A DNA stretch of 64,000 nt from Ekhidna sp. (GTDB taxonomy: Bacteria; Bacteroidota; Bacteroidia; Cytophagales; Cyclobacteriaceae), in contig NZ_CAXPLV010000012.1 of assembly GCF_964218185.1 (NCBI RefSeq), positions 9,034-73,033 of the forward strand, given 5' to 3'. Numbering within the stretch: position 1 is the stretch's first letter; the number at the start of each line of letters is the position of its first letter. Below, piece after piece: positions 8,541 to 17,214 of the stretch. The notes under the pieces were generated by a model. That model was not told the DNA's origin. It was given only the letters and a program-made list of their open reading frames with translations, and made no database searches. The position numbers and the translations under genes were made by a program.

Positions 8541-11227
8541 TACTTAAAAGTATAGAGTTCCAGGCTGGAGCCCCAAGTGGTATAAACCTGGAACTCTTTT
8601 TTTGCGCTGGAGTAGATGAGACTTACTTCATGCTCTGAGTTCAGAGGATTTCCGGTCACGAGGTTGCCTGTCTTATCATAGATGTAAAGGCTCTTGTTTG
8701 CCGTATCTGTGAATATGACCAGATCCTTGCCCGCACCAAACTGGTAGAACTGGATCAGTATAGGCCACTGCGACAGGTAATCTTTCTTAAAGAGTAGATT
8801 TCCTGTATCATCCAGCACCTGATAGCTGCTCCCTTCTTTTCGGATGATGATGAATGAATCTCCTCCTGTGTCCGGAATCAGTTGAAAGCTTGCGTCAGCA
8901 CTAGTTTTGATAAGTTGATCACGTTTGATCACGTCACCTTCAAGATTGATCTCGGTTAACTCTCCACCTTTCGATATCACACTAAGCGCAGAGTTGCCCA
9001 GAGTGTTTGATGACCGGAGGAAGTAGTTTTTGCTTAGCAACTGCTTGGTATCAAATGGGAATCCTTTCATGTGACTTCCTCTTCGGTTCATTACATTGAT
9101 AATTCCGTTTTCATGAAGAGAAATCATCACATCGGTTCGGCCCATCCTTGCATGACTCAGTGGCTGTAGAGCATTTCTAGTGAGCTTTCTGGGAGACCAG
9201 CCATCCAATACTTTCAAGTCTTTATCGGTGAGAAAAACGTCTCCATCTGTATTAGTGATAGCTATGCGATAATTTCTGCTTAGGTCATAGTCTATCAGGT
9301 TGATGTGCTCAATTTTCACATTTCCCGGGAGCTTTTTAGGGAAGTCAGGTATATATGTGCCTGTGCGGTCAATGATGTGCACTTCGTTTTCTGTTGCGAA
9401 AATGTGCTGGATCTTCCCATTCTTGTAATAGTCAATTGGGTATACACTTCCTTTTATGACACCCTCTACATTTTGAGACCAAAGTGCATTTTGATTAGGG
9501 TCCAGGTAATAAACTGTGTTGGTACTGTCCTGCAGTACTATGTCAAAATCTTTGTGCGCATGAGTCCTGACCAGAAAAGGTTTGGACGTAATAGTGCTGA
9601 TAAATCTCACCCCATTTTCAGCACTGGTCTTGGGAATGTTCCTGGGTTTCTTATCAGGCTGAGTAAAAGTGTAATTGGTAAAATACCTGCCATCGAGGTA
9701 GCTATACTGAAAAGCCGCCATTTCAATGGACTTGTAGTATGTGCTGTTCTTAGCAAAGTGCTCTGACCAGCCGGGCTTCAGGTTGCCCAAGATGGATTTC
9801 CAGGCTCGGGGAATATTCACAAACAAGCTTACGTTTGCTGCATTGTTTGACCGTTCCAGGAAGTTATTCATGGAAATCGATTTGCCCCAGGTATCTTCAT
9901 TTTGAATGGAAGTGATTAGGTTTTTTAGCTCCTGCAGGTCATTGGAGAAAATGAGATAGTTGCGATAGTTGATGTAAAAACACTGCTCAAAATCATAACC
10001 TGCCTCCCCCAAAATGGTTGATGGGAAATTGCTAATCGGGAGGAAACGGATTTCATTGTCACTGTATGGCTCTGAGTACACCGAATCCCCTCGTGCCAGC
10101 GCTATCCGCTGAGTCAGCTGCTCGAAAAATGCCAACGACTCCTGAGCATCTTTCACTTCCATAATCATAAGCTTTTGCTTGTCGCGCGCTCGGGGTGACT
10201 CCAGGTTTGCAATCCCAATCTCATTGTCCACCAGATCCAAAACCTGATCCGCATTAAAGTCATAGACCGATTTAAGAGAGTCGTGGTAGCTTTTGATCGA
10301 TGGAAATCGAGAACGCAAAAACGTAATCTGTTTGTCCTTCCAGCTTTGCATTTCAGATGAGGTTATGTGAAGAAACCATGCTGTATTTTCCGGAACGATC
10401 TCCGCCATCTCGAATGTTGCAGGTTGGCTTGTATGCGTGGCTATCCAGTCGTTTTTAGCATAGGAAAACCCGGAAAGCTGAATAAAGGAGGAGTCCATCA
10501 TTATTTCATAGTTGCCTGCAACCAATGGAAAGTTTGTTTTTAAAGAAGCAAAGGCTTCTATCACAGATCCGGCATTTTCATAGTTGATGAAGAAAGATGT
10601 CAGTCCTTTGGCTCCTGTCTCCTTTAGCTGAGCGTACTTCTCTCTGAAAGCAGGCAGTTCATCTTCACTGATCACACGGATTGCGTCCTCCACCAGATAA
10701 GGTGTGAAACTGGCCAGGAAGAAGTTTTTGTAGAAAATGTAGGTTAGTGTTCTGACTCCATCACTTACCTCACTGATTTTGAAATCATTGTAGTTTCTCG
10801 TTTTGAGCCTGTAACCAGCCTCTTTCATTCTCCCTACCGCAGCACTGGCAAACGTATTTTGCGAAATGTTCTGCAACTCTACGATAAACAGAAAATCAAC
10901 ACCTTCGCTTGATACCTTGTGCATAGATGTAAGTACCGGAGTGTCTTTGAAAATGGCAGTAAAGCCGCCATCACCATTGATGGAATCCAGGAAGCTTAAC
11001 CCCCGATTTAGATTATCAAATCCGGAAGATTTGGATAGGGTCTGCCATGCTGAAAAAGTTTGAAAGTAAGTTAGGTCCTGAGTTAACTCACTCTCTATCA
11101 CCAGAGCCGCATCTGCGGGTACGAAGCTCCAGGTGGTGAGGTTGGAGTGTTTCACCCATTTTTCGTATGTAAAGTATCCCGCTCCGATCAGGAGTAAAAC
11201 AGCTATTGTGATTAAAACTTTTTTCAA
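8537..11227 (-). CDS. Membrane-anchored DUF3352-like protein with C-terminal beta-propeller-like region
   Basis: N-terminal TM anchor, FVPADAALVIE and IDYYKNGKIQHIF...LIDYD.SRNYR segments typical of a conserved Bacteroidota hypothetical family. Confidence 0.6.
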   Translation of the reverse strand: MKKVLITIAVLLLIGAGYFTYEKWVKHSNLTTWSFVPADAALVIESELTQDLTYFQTFSAWQTLSKSSGFDNLNRGLSFLDSINGDGGFTAIFKDTPVLTSMHKVSSEGVDFLFIVELQNISQNTFASAAVGRMKEAGYRLKTRNYNDFKISEVSDGVRTLTYIFYKNFFLASFTPYLVEDAIRVISEDELPAFREKYAQLKETGAKGLTSFFINYENAGSVIEAFASLKTNFPLVAGNYEIMMDSSFIQLSGFSYAKNDWIATHTSQPATFEMAEIVPENTAWFLHITSSEMQSWKDKQITFLRSRFPSIKSYHDSLKSVYDFNADQVLDLVDNEIGIANLESPRARDKQKLMIMEVKDAQESLAFFEQLTQRIALARGDSVYSEPYSDNEIRFLPISNFPSTILGEAGYDFEQCFYINYRNYLIFSNDLQELKNLITSIQNEDTWGKSISMNNFLERSNNAANVSLFVNIPRAWKSILGNLKPGWSEHFAKNSTYYKSIEMAAFQYSYLDGRYFTNYTFTQPDKKPRNIPKTSAENGVRFISTITSKPFLVRTHAHKDFDIVLQDSTNTVYYLDPNQNALWSQNVEGVIKGSVYPIDYYKNGKIQHIFATENEVHIIDRTGTYIPDFPKKLPGNVKIEHINLIDYDLSRNYRIAITNTDGDVFLTDKDLKVLDGWSPRKLTRNALQPLSHARMGRTDVMISLHENGIINVMNRRGSHMKGFPFDTKQLLSKNYFLRSSNTLGNSALSVISKGGELTEINLEGDVIKRDQLIKTSADASFQLIPDTGGDSFIIIRKEGSSYQVLDDTGNLLFKKDYLSQWPILIQFYQFGAGKDLVIFTDTANKSLYIYDKTGNLVTGNPLNSEHEVSLIYSSAKKEFQVYTTWGSSLELYTFKY

Positions 11228-11355
11228 GTCAAATGGTTGATTTCTTCAAAAATAACTTAGTTATTGACCAAATAGTACCTATCCAATTCTTTGTCTCGCT
11301 TTTTTTATTAGCGGTATCAATTTATAGGTGAAATAATTACATAAATTAGCTGTAC

Positions 11356-11787
11356 ATGGCTGACTACAAAGAGATTGGATCGTACATTGACAGGACATAT
11401 AAGGTTGTAAGACAGGATCTCATCAATAGATTCAAACAGCGTGGGATCAATGTTACACCTGAGCAGTGGGTGATCCTTAACAAGTTATCTGAAAAAGACA
11501 TGTTTCAGACGGATCTTGCCAGCATGAGTTTTAGAGATAAGCCTACGGTTTCCCGTATCGTTGATCTGCTGGTGAAAAAAGGCTATGCGCAGAGAAAGCG
11601 GGATCGGTATGACGGACGCAAGTTTCATATTTCGATAACGGTCAAAGGAAACAATGTTGTAAAAAGAGCCCTGCCAGCGGTTGAGGAGTCCCGAAAGCTG
11701 GGTTGGACGAATCTTTCTGAGCAGGAATACGAAACGCTGATCAGCATTCTTGATAAAGTATTCACGAACTATTCCGAACGAGATTAA
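11356..11787 (+). CDS. MarR family transcriptional regulator
   Basis: 143 aa; VTPEQWVILNKL, RDKPTVSRIVDLLVKKGY and DGRKFHISITVKG winged-helix pattern. Confidence 0.92.
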   Translation: MADYKEIGSYIDRTYKVVRQDLINRFKQRGINVTPEQWVILNKLSEKDMFQTDLASMSFRDKPTVSRIVDLLVKKGYAQRKRDRYDGRKFHISITVKGNNVVKRALPAVEESRKLGWTNLSEQEYETLISILDKVFTNYSERD

Positions 11788-13082
11788 TTGCTCTTTTTGA
11801 GCTGCATCCAGACATACAGTGGAATCCCTGCTATCAATAGTATAAATCCCCAGTAGACAATCTCTACACCTGAACCGGCAATGGCCCAAATGGAAAACAA
11901 AAATGCGATGGAGGCTAAAGTTGCTTTCCTTTTAAATCCTTTTTCCAATTTTTCATTAGCACCAACTACAAGCACATAACTTACCGAAGTAAAGAGGTAG
12001 GCCATCAGTGCCGTCATGCTGGCCAGCAGGAGTATAAACTGGAAAGCTTTGATCAGGCCTTCGGAATAGTTCATCACAATCAGGATTGAAATCAAAACAC
12101 TTGAAAGGATGATGCTCAATGCAGGCACCCCGTTATTGTTTTCTTTCGCGAAAATGGGAGGGAAAAGCTTGTCTCTGGAAATGGCAGCTGGAATCTGTCC
12201 CTGAATCAAGATCCATCCATTCAGAGCTCCAAGAGTAGAAACTACCGCCCCGAATGCCACCAGGTTCTCTGCCCACGACCCCCACATCACAGCCGCAGCA
12301 TCTGAAAAAGGAGCTTGTGAATACTGCAATTCTTCCGCAGGAATAATCCCCATCAGCGATGTGGTACCCAGAATATAGACTACTGCTGCTACCCCAAGCC
12401 CAAAATAGGTGGATCGGGGGATTGTACGCTCCGGGTTTTCAATATCTCCCGAGGGAATCGTGGCGCATTCAATTCCCATGTAGGCAAAAAGGGTAAGGGT
12501 GGCAGTGGCTGTCATGGCCTGAAAATCAGAAACACCACTGATGTTGAACAACGTGAAGTTTTCGAGTTTTACGTAAAACATTCCAACAAGCCCGATTGCC
12601 AGTAGAGGAGTGATTTTAAGGATGGTAGTCACAAGGGAAAACACAGCAGCCTCTCTTATTCCACGCGTGTTGAGCCAAACTATGGCCCATACAATACCCA
12701 ATCCCGTGGCTACAGCAAGCGTGGTATCTGTTTGGAGCACCGGAAAGAATACCCCCAGATAGCCAATCAGTGCTATGGTGATGGCTGCATTGGTACACCA
12801 GACAGATATCCAATACCCCCACGCCACGAGGAATCCGGCAAAATCTCCAAGACCTTTTCTCGAATAGACGTAAGGCCCCCCTGAGGTTCCCGGGAGGATT
12901 TTGCTAAACTCGATGAAGACAAAAGCCAGCGAGGCGGCACCAAACGCTGAGATAACCCAGCCGAAAATACTGACGCTACCGTATGAAGCCAGCACCGAGG
13001 GGAGAAGAAAGATACCTGAGCCAATCATATTACCGGCTACCAGCGATGAGCTGGTCCAGAATCCTAGCTTTTTTCTACTCAT
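11784..13082 (-). CDS. APC family amino acid permease
   Basis: LVAGNMIGSGIFLLP, GGPYVYSRKGLG, GIECATIPSGDIENPERTIPR. Confidence 0.92.
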   Translation of the reverse strand: MSRKKLGFWTSSSLVAGNMIGSGIFLLPSVLASYGSVSIFGWVISAFGAASLAFVFIEFSKILPGTSGGPYVYSRKGLGDFAGFLVAWGYWISVWCTNAAITIALIGYLGVFFPVLQTDTTLAVATGLGIVWAIVWLNTRGIREAAVFSLVTTILKITPLLAIGLVGMFYVKLENFTLFNISGVSDFQAMTATATLTLFAYMGIECATIPSGDIENPERTIPRSTYFGLGVAAVVYILGTTSLMGIIPAEELQYSQAPFSDAAAVMWGSWAENLVAFGAVVSTLGALNGWILIQGQIPAAISRDKLFPPIFAKENNNGVPALSIILSSVLISILIVMNYSEGLIKAFQFILLLASMTALMAYLFTSVSYVLVVGANEKLEKGFKRKATLASIAFLFSIWAIAGSGVEIVYWGFILLIAGIPLYVWMQLKKSN

Positions 13083-13139
13083 GTGGTTTGAATGGTAAGG
13101 CCGTGTAAAATTGGTATTTTTGAAAGATAGCTGAAATAA

Positions 13140-14228
13140 ATGAGCACACCCAAGTACACCATCAATTCGGACATCTCAAAAGCGGAAACCCTGCCGGCTT
13201 CCTTTTACCAGGACCAGTCCACCTTCGATCAGATCAGGGAAAAAGTATTCTATAAATCGTGGCAGTGGATAGGGGATGAAAATCTGGTGAAGCTCCCAAG
13301 GCAGACGTACCCGTTTGTCATGCTGGAAGGCTACCTGACCGAACCAATGGTACTGACCAAAGATGAGGCAGGGGGAATCCATTGCCTCAGCAATGTATGC
13401 ACACACAGAGGGAACCTGGTTGCTCAAAATCCCGGCAGTCAGCGAAAGCTGATGTGCATGTATCACGGCCGTAAGTTTGGATTGGATGGCTCATTTGAAT
13501 CCATGCCTGAGTTTAAAGAAGCCAAAGACTTTCCCAGGGAATGCGAAGACTTGCATCGGTTTGATACGGCAAAGTGGGGACCGATGCTGTTTGCCAAAAT
13601 GGGAGGAGAGGTTGATTTTGAAAAAGTCATTGCTGAGATGAATCAGTATGTTGGGTTCCTGCCACTTGCTAAGTTTGTGCATAGCGAAACACAATCCAAA
13701 GATTACCTGGTCAATGCACACTGGGCGCTGTATTGTGATAACTATTTAGAAGGGTTTCACATCCCTTTTGTGCATAGCGATCTGAATGAAGCGCTTGACT
13801 ATGGAAGTTATGAGACCATCCTTCACGATCACTTCAATGTACAGGTGGGCTATTCTGAGGGAGCGGAGGATATCTTTGATCTTCCTGCTGGCCACATCCA
13901 TCACGGTAAGCGCGTGGCGGCCTATTACTTCTGGGTGTTCCCCAATATGATGTTCAACTTCTATCCATGGGGCTTGTCCGTCAATATTGTGCGTCCGCTT
14001 TCACCCAACCAGACCAAAGTCTCTTTCCTTTCTTACATCTATGACGAATCCAAGCTTCACAAAGGCGCGGGAGCCTTGCTGGACAAGGTGGAGCGCGAAG
14101 ATGAATTTGTAGTGGAGGGCGTCCACAAAGGACTCAAATCCAACTACTATAAAGCCGGTCGATTTTCCCCCAAGCGTGAAACTGGGGTGCACCAGTTTCA
14201 TGGGATGCTGGCGAAGTGTTTGGGATAA
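13140..14228 (+). CDS. Rieske non-heme iron oxygenase alpha subunit (choline monooxygenase / CntA-like)
   Basis: Rieske CTHRG...CMYHG motif, mononuclear Fe site DNYLEGFHIPFVH and C-terminal REDEFVVEGVHKG. Confidence 0.9.
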   Translation: MSTPKYTINSDISKAETLPASFYQDQSTFDQIREKVFYKSWQWIGDENLVKLPRQTYPFVMLEGYLTEPMVLTKDEAGGIHCLSNVCTHRGNLVAQNPGSQRKLMCMYHGRKFGLDGSFESMPEFKEAKDFPRECEDLHRFDTAKWGPMLFAKMGGEVDFEKVIAEMNQYVGFLPLAKFVHSETQSKDYLVNAHWALYCDNYLEGFHIPFVHSDLNEALDYGSYETILHDHFNVQVGYSEGAEDIFDLPAGHIHHGKRVAAYYFWVFPNMMFNFYPWGLSVNIVRPLSPNQTKVSFLSYIYDESKLHKGAGALLDKVEREDEFVVEGVHKGLKSNYYKAGRFSPKRETGVHQFHGMLAKCLG

Positions 14229-14251
14229 TGATAGGATAAATATTCCTAGAA

Positions 14252-14278
14252 CGTCATTCCGGCCTTGTGCCGGAATCT
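14252..14278 (+). repeat. CGTC-type REP-like palindrome
   Basis: cgtc-attccggc-cttgt-gccggaat-ct: CGTC tag followed by an 8-bp stem. Confidence 0.6.
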
Positions 14279-14403
14279 TCTACGCATTTATAAATACTGT
14301 GATTTAACCATCCCCGTTGCAAACGAGGACGAGTGGGGGATTGATAAATCAAAAACCTCAATTGAAGCGAATTATAAAGGTTTTTTAGGGTTCTCCAGTA
14401 ACA

Positions 14404-14475
14404 ACGCTTCCATACGTTCAAATGGTAGTGTGCATTCGATCGAATGGTAGTGTCCATTTGAACGGATGGAGGCGT
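14404..14475. repeat. 72-nt inverted repeat with internal 22-nt tandem periodicity
   Basis: Arms 14404-14425 and 14454-14475 pair at 21 of 22 positions (one G-U). The loop contains the perfect palindrome cattcgatcgaatg. Confidence 0.8.
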
Positions 14476-14549
14476 CCATACTTAATATACGAAGTGGGAG
14501 AGTGAAACAAGGAAGGACTATTTAGTTAAAATAGGAACGAATTGTTTTT

Positions 14550-15164
14550 TCAATCAACAACACTAAAGCCAATATGAATATTTCCGGTCTCCTTATCAAC
14601 ATATAGTGTTCGATCTTTTTTGGTTCCATCGCAGGTGGTTGGTGAACATAAATATGAGCCTCCGGCAAGCCTGATCATACCTTCTTTTGTGGTAGTTGTG
14701 ATGTCCCAGACATTGCCAAGCACATTTACATGCTTCGCCTCAGAAATGGGTTGTTTATCACCTGAATTAATTCTTCGGTTATCTTCTTTGACTAAAAGCC
14801 AATATTCATCATAGTTTGGAAGCTTTCGGCCGGACCACTTACAATATGCCCTGGCATCATTGTAGCTTATTTGCGTCACGGGAAATGCTTTTGATTTCGG
14901 TTCATTAAAGCCATCAGGCTTTCTCCATGTTGCACCTTCTACTTTCCTGAAATTATATACATCAACCTGGACTATTGACCAGCCGTATTTTTCAGCATCC
15001 GTCACGTACCCTGTTTCATTAATGAATGTTTCAAATTGTTCAATCGTAACTGTTCTAAGTCTGTTGGTTTCACTGCACGAAAATTGAATGGACAGGCATA
15101 TTATTGTTGGAAGTAGGTATTTAATATGACCATTCTGACTGGTGAACTTCTGAAATAATTCCAT
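14550..15164 (-). CDS. Formylglycine-generating enzyme (SUMF1/FGE-sulfatase) domain protein, short form
   Basis: VTIEQFETFINETGYVTDAEKYGWS, GATWRKPDG, PVTQISYNDARAYCKWSGRKLP, LGNVWD and GGSYLCSPTTC. Confidence 0.8.
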   Translation of the reverse strand: MELFQKFTSQNGHIKYLLPTIICLSIQFSCSETNRLRTVTIEQFETFINETGYVTDAEKYGWSIVQVDVYNFRKVEGATWRKPDGFNEPKSKAFPVTQISYNDARAYCKWSGRKLPNYDEYWLLVKEDNRRINSGDKQPISEAKHVNVLGNVWDITTTTKEGMIRLAGGSYLCSPTTCDGTKKDRTLYVDKETGNIHIGFSVVD

Positions 15165-15899
15165 CTAATCTGATATTGCTATTCGAGTTGTAACTCCTAA
15201 AAGAATACTGAATCCGGACAAGTCCAGATTTCCCTTATGAATAGGAACAATAAAATTATCTCTGCCTAAATCAACTTCATTATAAGGAGAAGGAGTTGGT
15301 TCCCCAATATCTGAATAAAGCCAATTGTACTCACTTTTGACTGCTATAGATAAATTGTTGTTTATTGATTTGGATAAGACTAATGATACATTGTAACCTA
15401 AATCAATGTCCTCATATTTGGAGTCATATTGTGTTGAAATCCAGTTTTCACTGTTTTGATCATATGTCAATTTAGCACCTTCTTGGTTGGCCACTGCATA
15501 ATGTAATAGAAGGCCTACTCCACATCTTAATTCCATATCCTTATTAAGCATCAACCTATAAGATGGTGAAATAAAATAGGTGGAATAGTTGAGGTTTACC
15601 CCATACTTTATTCGGGGATCTACATGTTCTATCCACCCAAATTGATTTGTGACATGGTGAAACTTGAAACCAGATTGAATAAATAAATTACTTTCAGATT
15701 TTAAGTAAATATTTGCTGAAAGTTCTGCGGAAAAAGCATTCCTAATGGGGTTCATATCCAAAATATCCTCCCATTCATTGATAGGGTCAATATTCATAAA
15801 TTGATTTCCAATGAATAGGTTTAATTCTTTGATTTGGGCATTCGCATTAAAGCCTAGCAAAAGACCTAGCGAAATGAGAATGTTTATAATGTTTTTCAA
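15165..15899 (-). CDS. Outer membrane beta-barrel (porin/PorT-like) protein
   Basis: Signal peptide ending ANAQ, alternating amphipathic beta strands; visibly AT-rich. Confidence 0.55.
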   Translation of the reverse strand: MKNIINILISLGLLLGFNANAQIKELNLFIGNQFMNIDPINEWEDILDMNPIRNAFSAELSANIYLKSESNLFIQSGFKFHHVTNQFGWIEHVDPRIKYGVNLNYSTYFISPSYRLMLNKDMELRCGVGLLLHYAVANQEGAKLTYDQNSENWISTQYDSKYEDIDLGYNVSLVLSKSINNNLSIAVKSEYNWLYSDIGEPTPSPYNEVDLGRDNFIVPIHKGNLDLSGFSILLGVTTRIAISD

Positions 15900-15945
15900 G
15901 AATTCTAGGTTTCCTTCAAATATACCTGTTTAATCATTTACGCAT

Positions 15946-15976
15946 AAAAAAAGGAACCCTCTAAGGTTCCTCTTTT
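15946..15976 (-). terminator. Intrinsic terminator of hppD
   Basis: Minus strand reads aggaacc-ttagag-ggttcct followed by TTTTTT. Confidence 0.75.
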
Positions 15977-16000
15977 CAGCGTGATTAGTAGTGATTGATT

Positions 16001-17125
16001 TTATAATGTGCCTCGCAGCTCTTGCTCTCGCTCCAGTGCTTCAAACAGAGCCTTGAAGTTTCCTTTTCCGAAGGAGGTAGCTCCCTTTCGCTGGATGATC
16101 TCAAAGAACATGGTAGGACGTGCCTGCACCGTCTTAGTAAAGATTTGTAGCAGGTAGCCTTCATCGTCACGGTCTACCAGAATACCCAGAGGTCTCAGGG
16201 CGTCTATGTCTTCATCTATTTTTCCTACACGCTCTGTCAGCACATCATAGTAGGTGTCTGGCACCTGAAGAAATTCTACGCCTCTGTTTTTAAGATCAGT
16301 TACCGTCTGGATGATATTGTCAGTAGCCACGGCAATGTGCTGCACTCCAGCACCTTCATAAAACTCCAGATATTCATCTACTTGTGATTTTTTCAGTCCA
16401 GCCGCCGGCTCATTGATAGGGAATTTGATCCTTCCATTGCCATTGCTCATCACCTTGCTCATGAGTGCCGTGTATTTTGTGGAAATGTCTTTGTCATCGA
16501 AAGACATGATCTGCTTAAAGCCCATCACTTCTTCATAGAACTTCACATACTTATCCATGTCGCCAAGTTCTACGTTACCCACCATGTGGTCTACATATTT
16601 CAATCCAACCGGCTTAGGGTTGTATTCGGTTTTCCATTCCCGATAGCCCGGAAGGAAAATACCATTGTAATCTTTTCTTTCGATGAAAATATGCACCACT
16701 TCACCGTACGTATGGATTCCTGACTGTACCACTTTTCCATGCTTGTCTTCAATGGTATTTGGTTCCATGAAGGACTTAGCGCCTCTTTTCACGGCCTCAT
16801 TGTAGGCATGGGTCGCATCGTCCACCCATAGTGCCGTTACTTTTACTCCATCGCCATGTTTGTCAATGTGTTGACCAATTGCGGTACCACTTCTTAGCGG
16901 TGAGGTCAGAACCAATCTGATTTTGTCCTGAACAACCACATAAGACTCCCGGTCTTTGATCCCTGTTTCCAGACCGGCGTAAGCAAGCGATTGGAATCCA
17001 AATGCTGACTTGTAAAAGTGTGCGGCTTGCTTGGCATTGCTCACATATAGTTCAAGATAGTCCGTGCCATTGATTGGCATGAAGTCCTTTTCTTGTGCAT
17101 CGGGTGCTAGTGCAGTGCGTTCCAT
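16001..17125 (-). CDS. hppD: 4-hydroxyphenylpyruvate dioxygenase
   Basis: DHMVGNV, IKFPINEP, GVQHIAVATD, LLQIFTK and FFEIIQRKGATSFGKGNFKALFEALEREQELRG. Confidence 0.97.
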   Translation of the reverse strand: MERTALAPDAQEKDFMPINGTDYLELYVSNAKQAAHFYKSAFGFQSLAYAGLETGIKDRESYVVVQDKIRLVLTSPLRSGTAIGQHIDKHGDGVKVTALWVDDATHAYNEAVKRGAKSFMEPNTIEDKHGKVVQSGIHTYGEVVHIFIERKDYNGIFLPGYREWKTEYNPKPVGLKYVDHMVGNVELGDMDKYVKFYEEVMGFKQIMSFDDKDISTKYTALMSKVMSNGNGRIKFPINEPAAGLKKSQVDEYLEFYEGAGVQHIAVATDNIIQTVTDLKNRGVEFLQVPDTYYDVLTERVGKIDEDIDALRPLGILVDRDDEGYLLQIFTKTVQARPTMFFEIIQRKGATSFGKGNFKALFEALEREQELRGTL

Positions 17126-17214
17126 GATCTGTGTGGTTTATATTAGTTGCTTTAACAACAAAATTAAAAATTAATTGTTCTTTATCCTAAAATGGGATGT
17201 TGAGAATTGAGTGT

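Noticed and set aside
14404-14475. Integron attC site
   Set aside because: The size fits, but the ends lack RYYYAAC/GTTRRRY core sites and no integron integrase is present.
14421-14486. CRISPR array remnant
   Set aside because: The 22-nt units are directly adjacent with no spacers, and there are no cas genes in the window.
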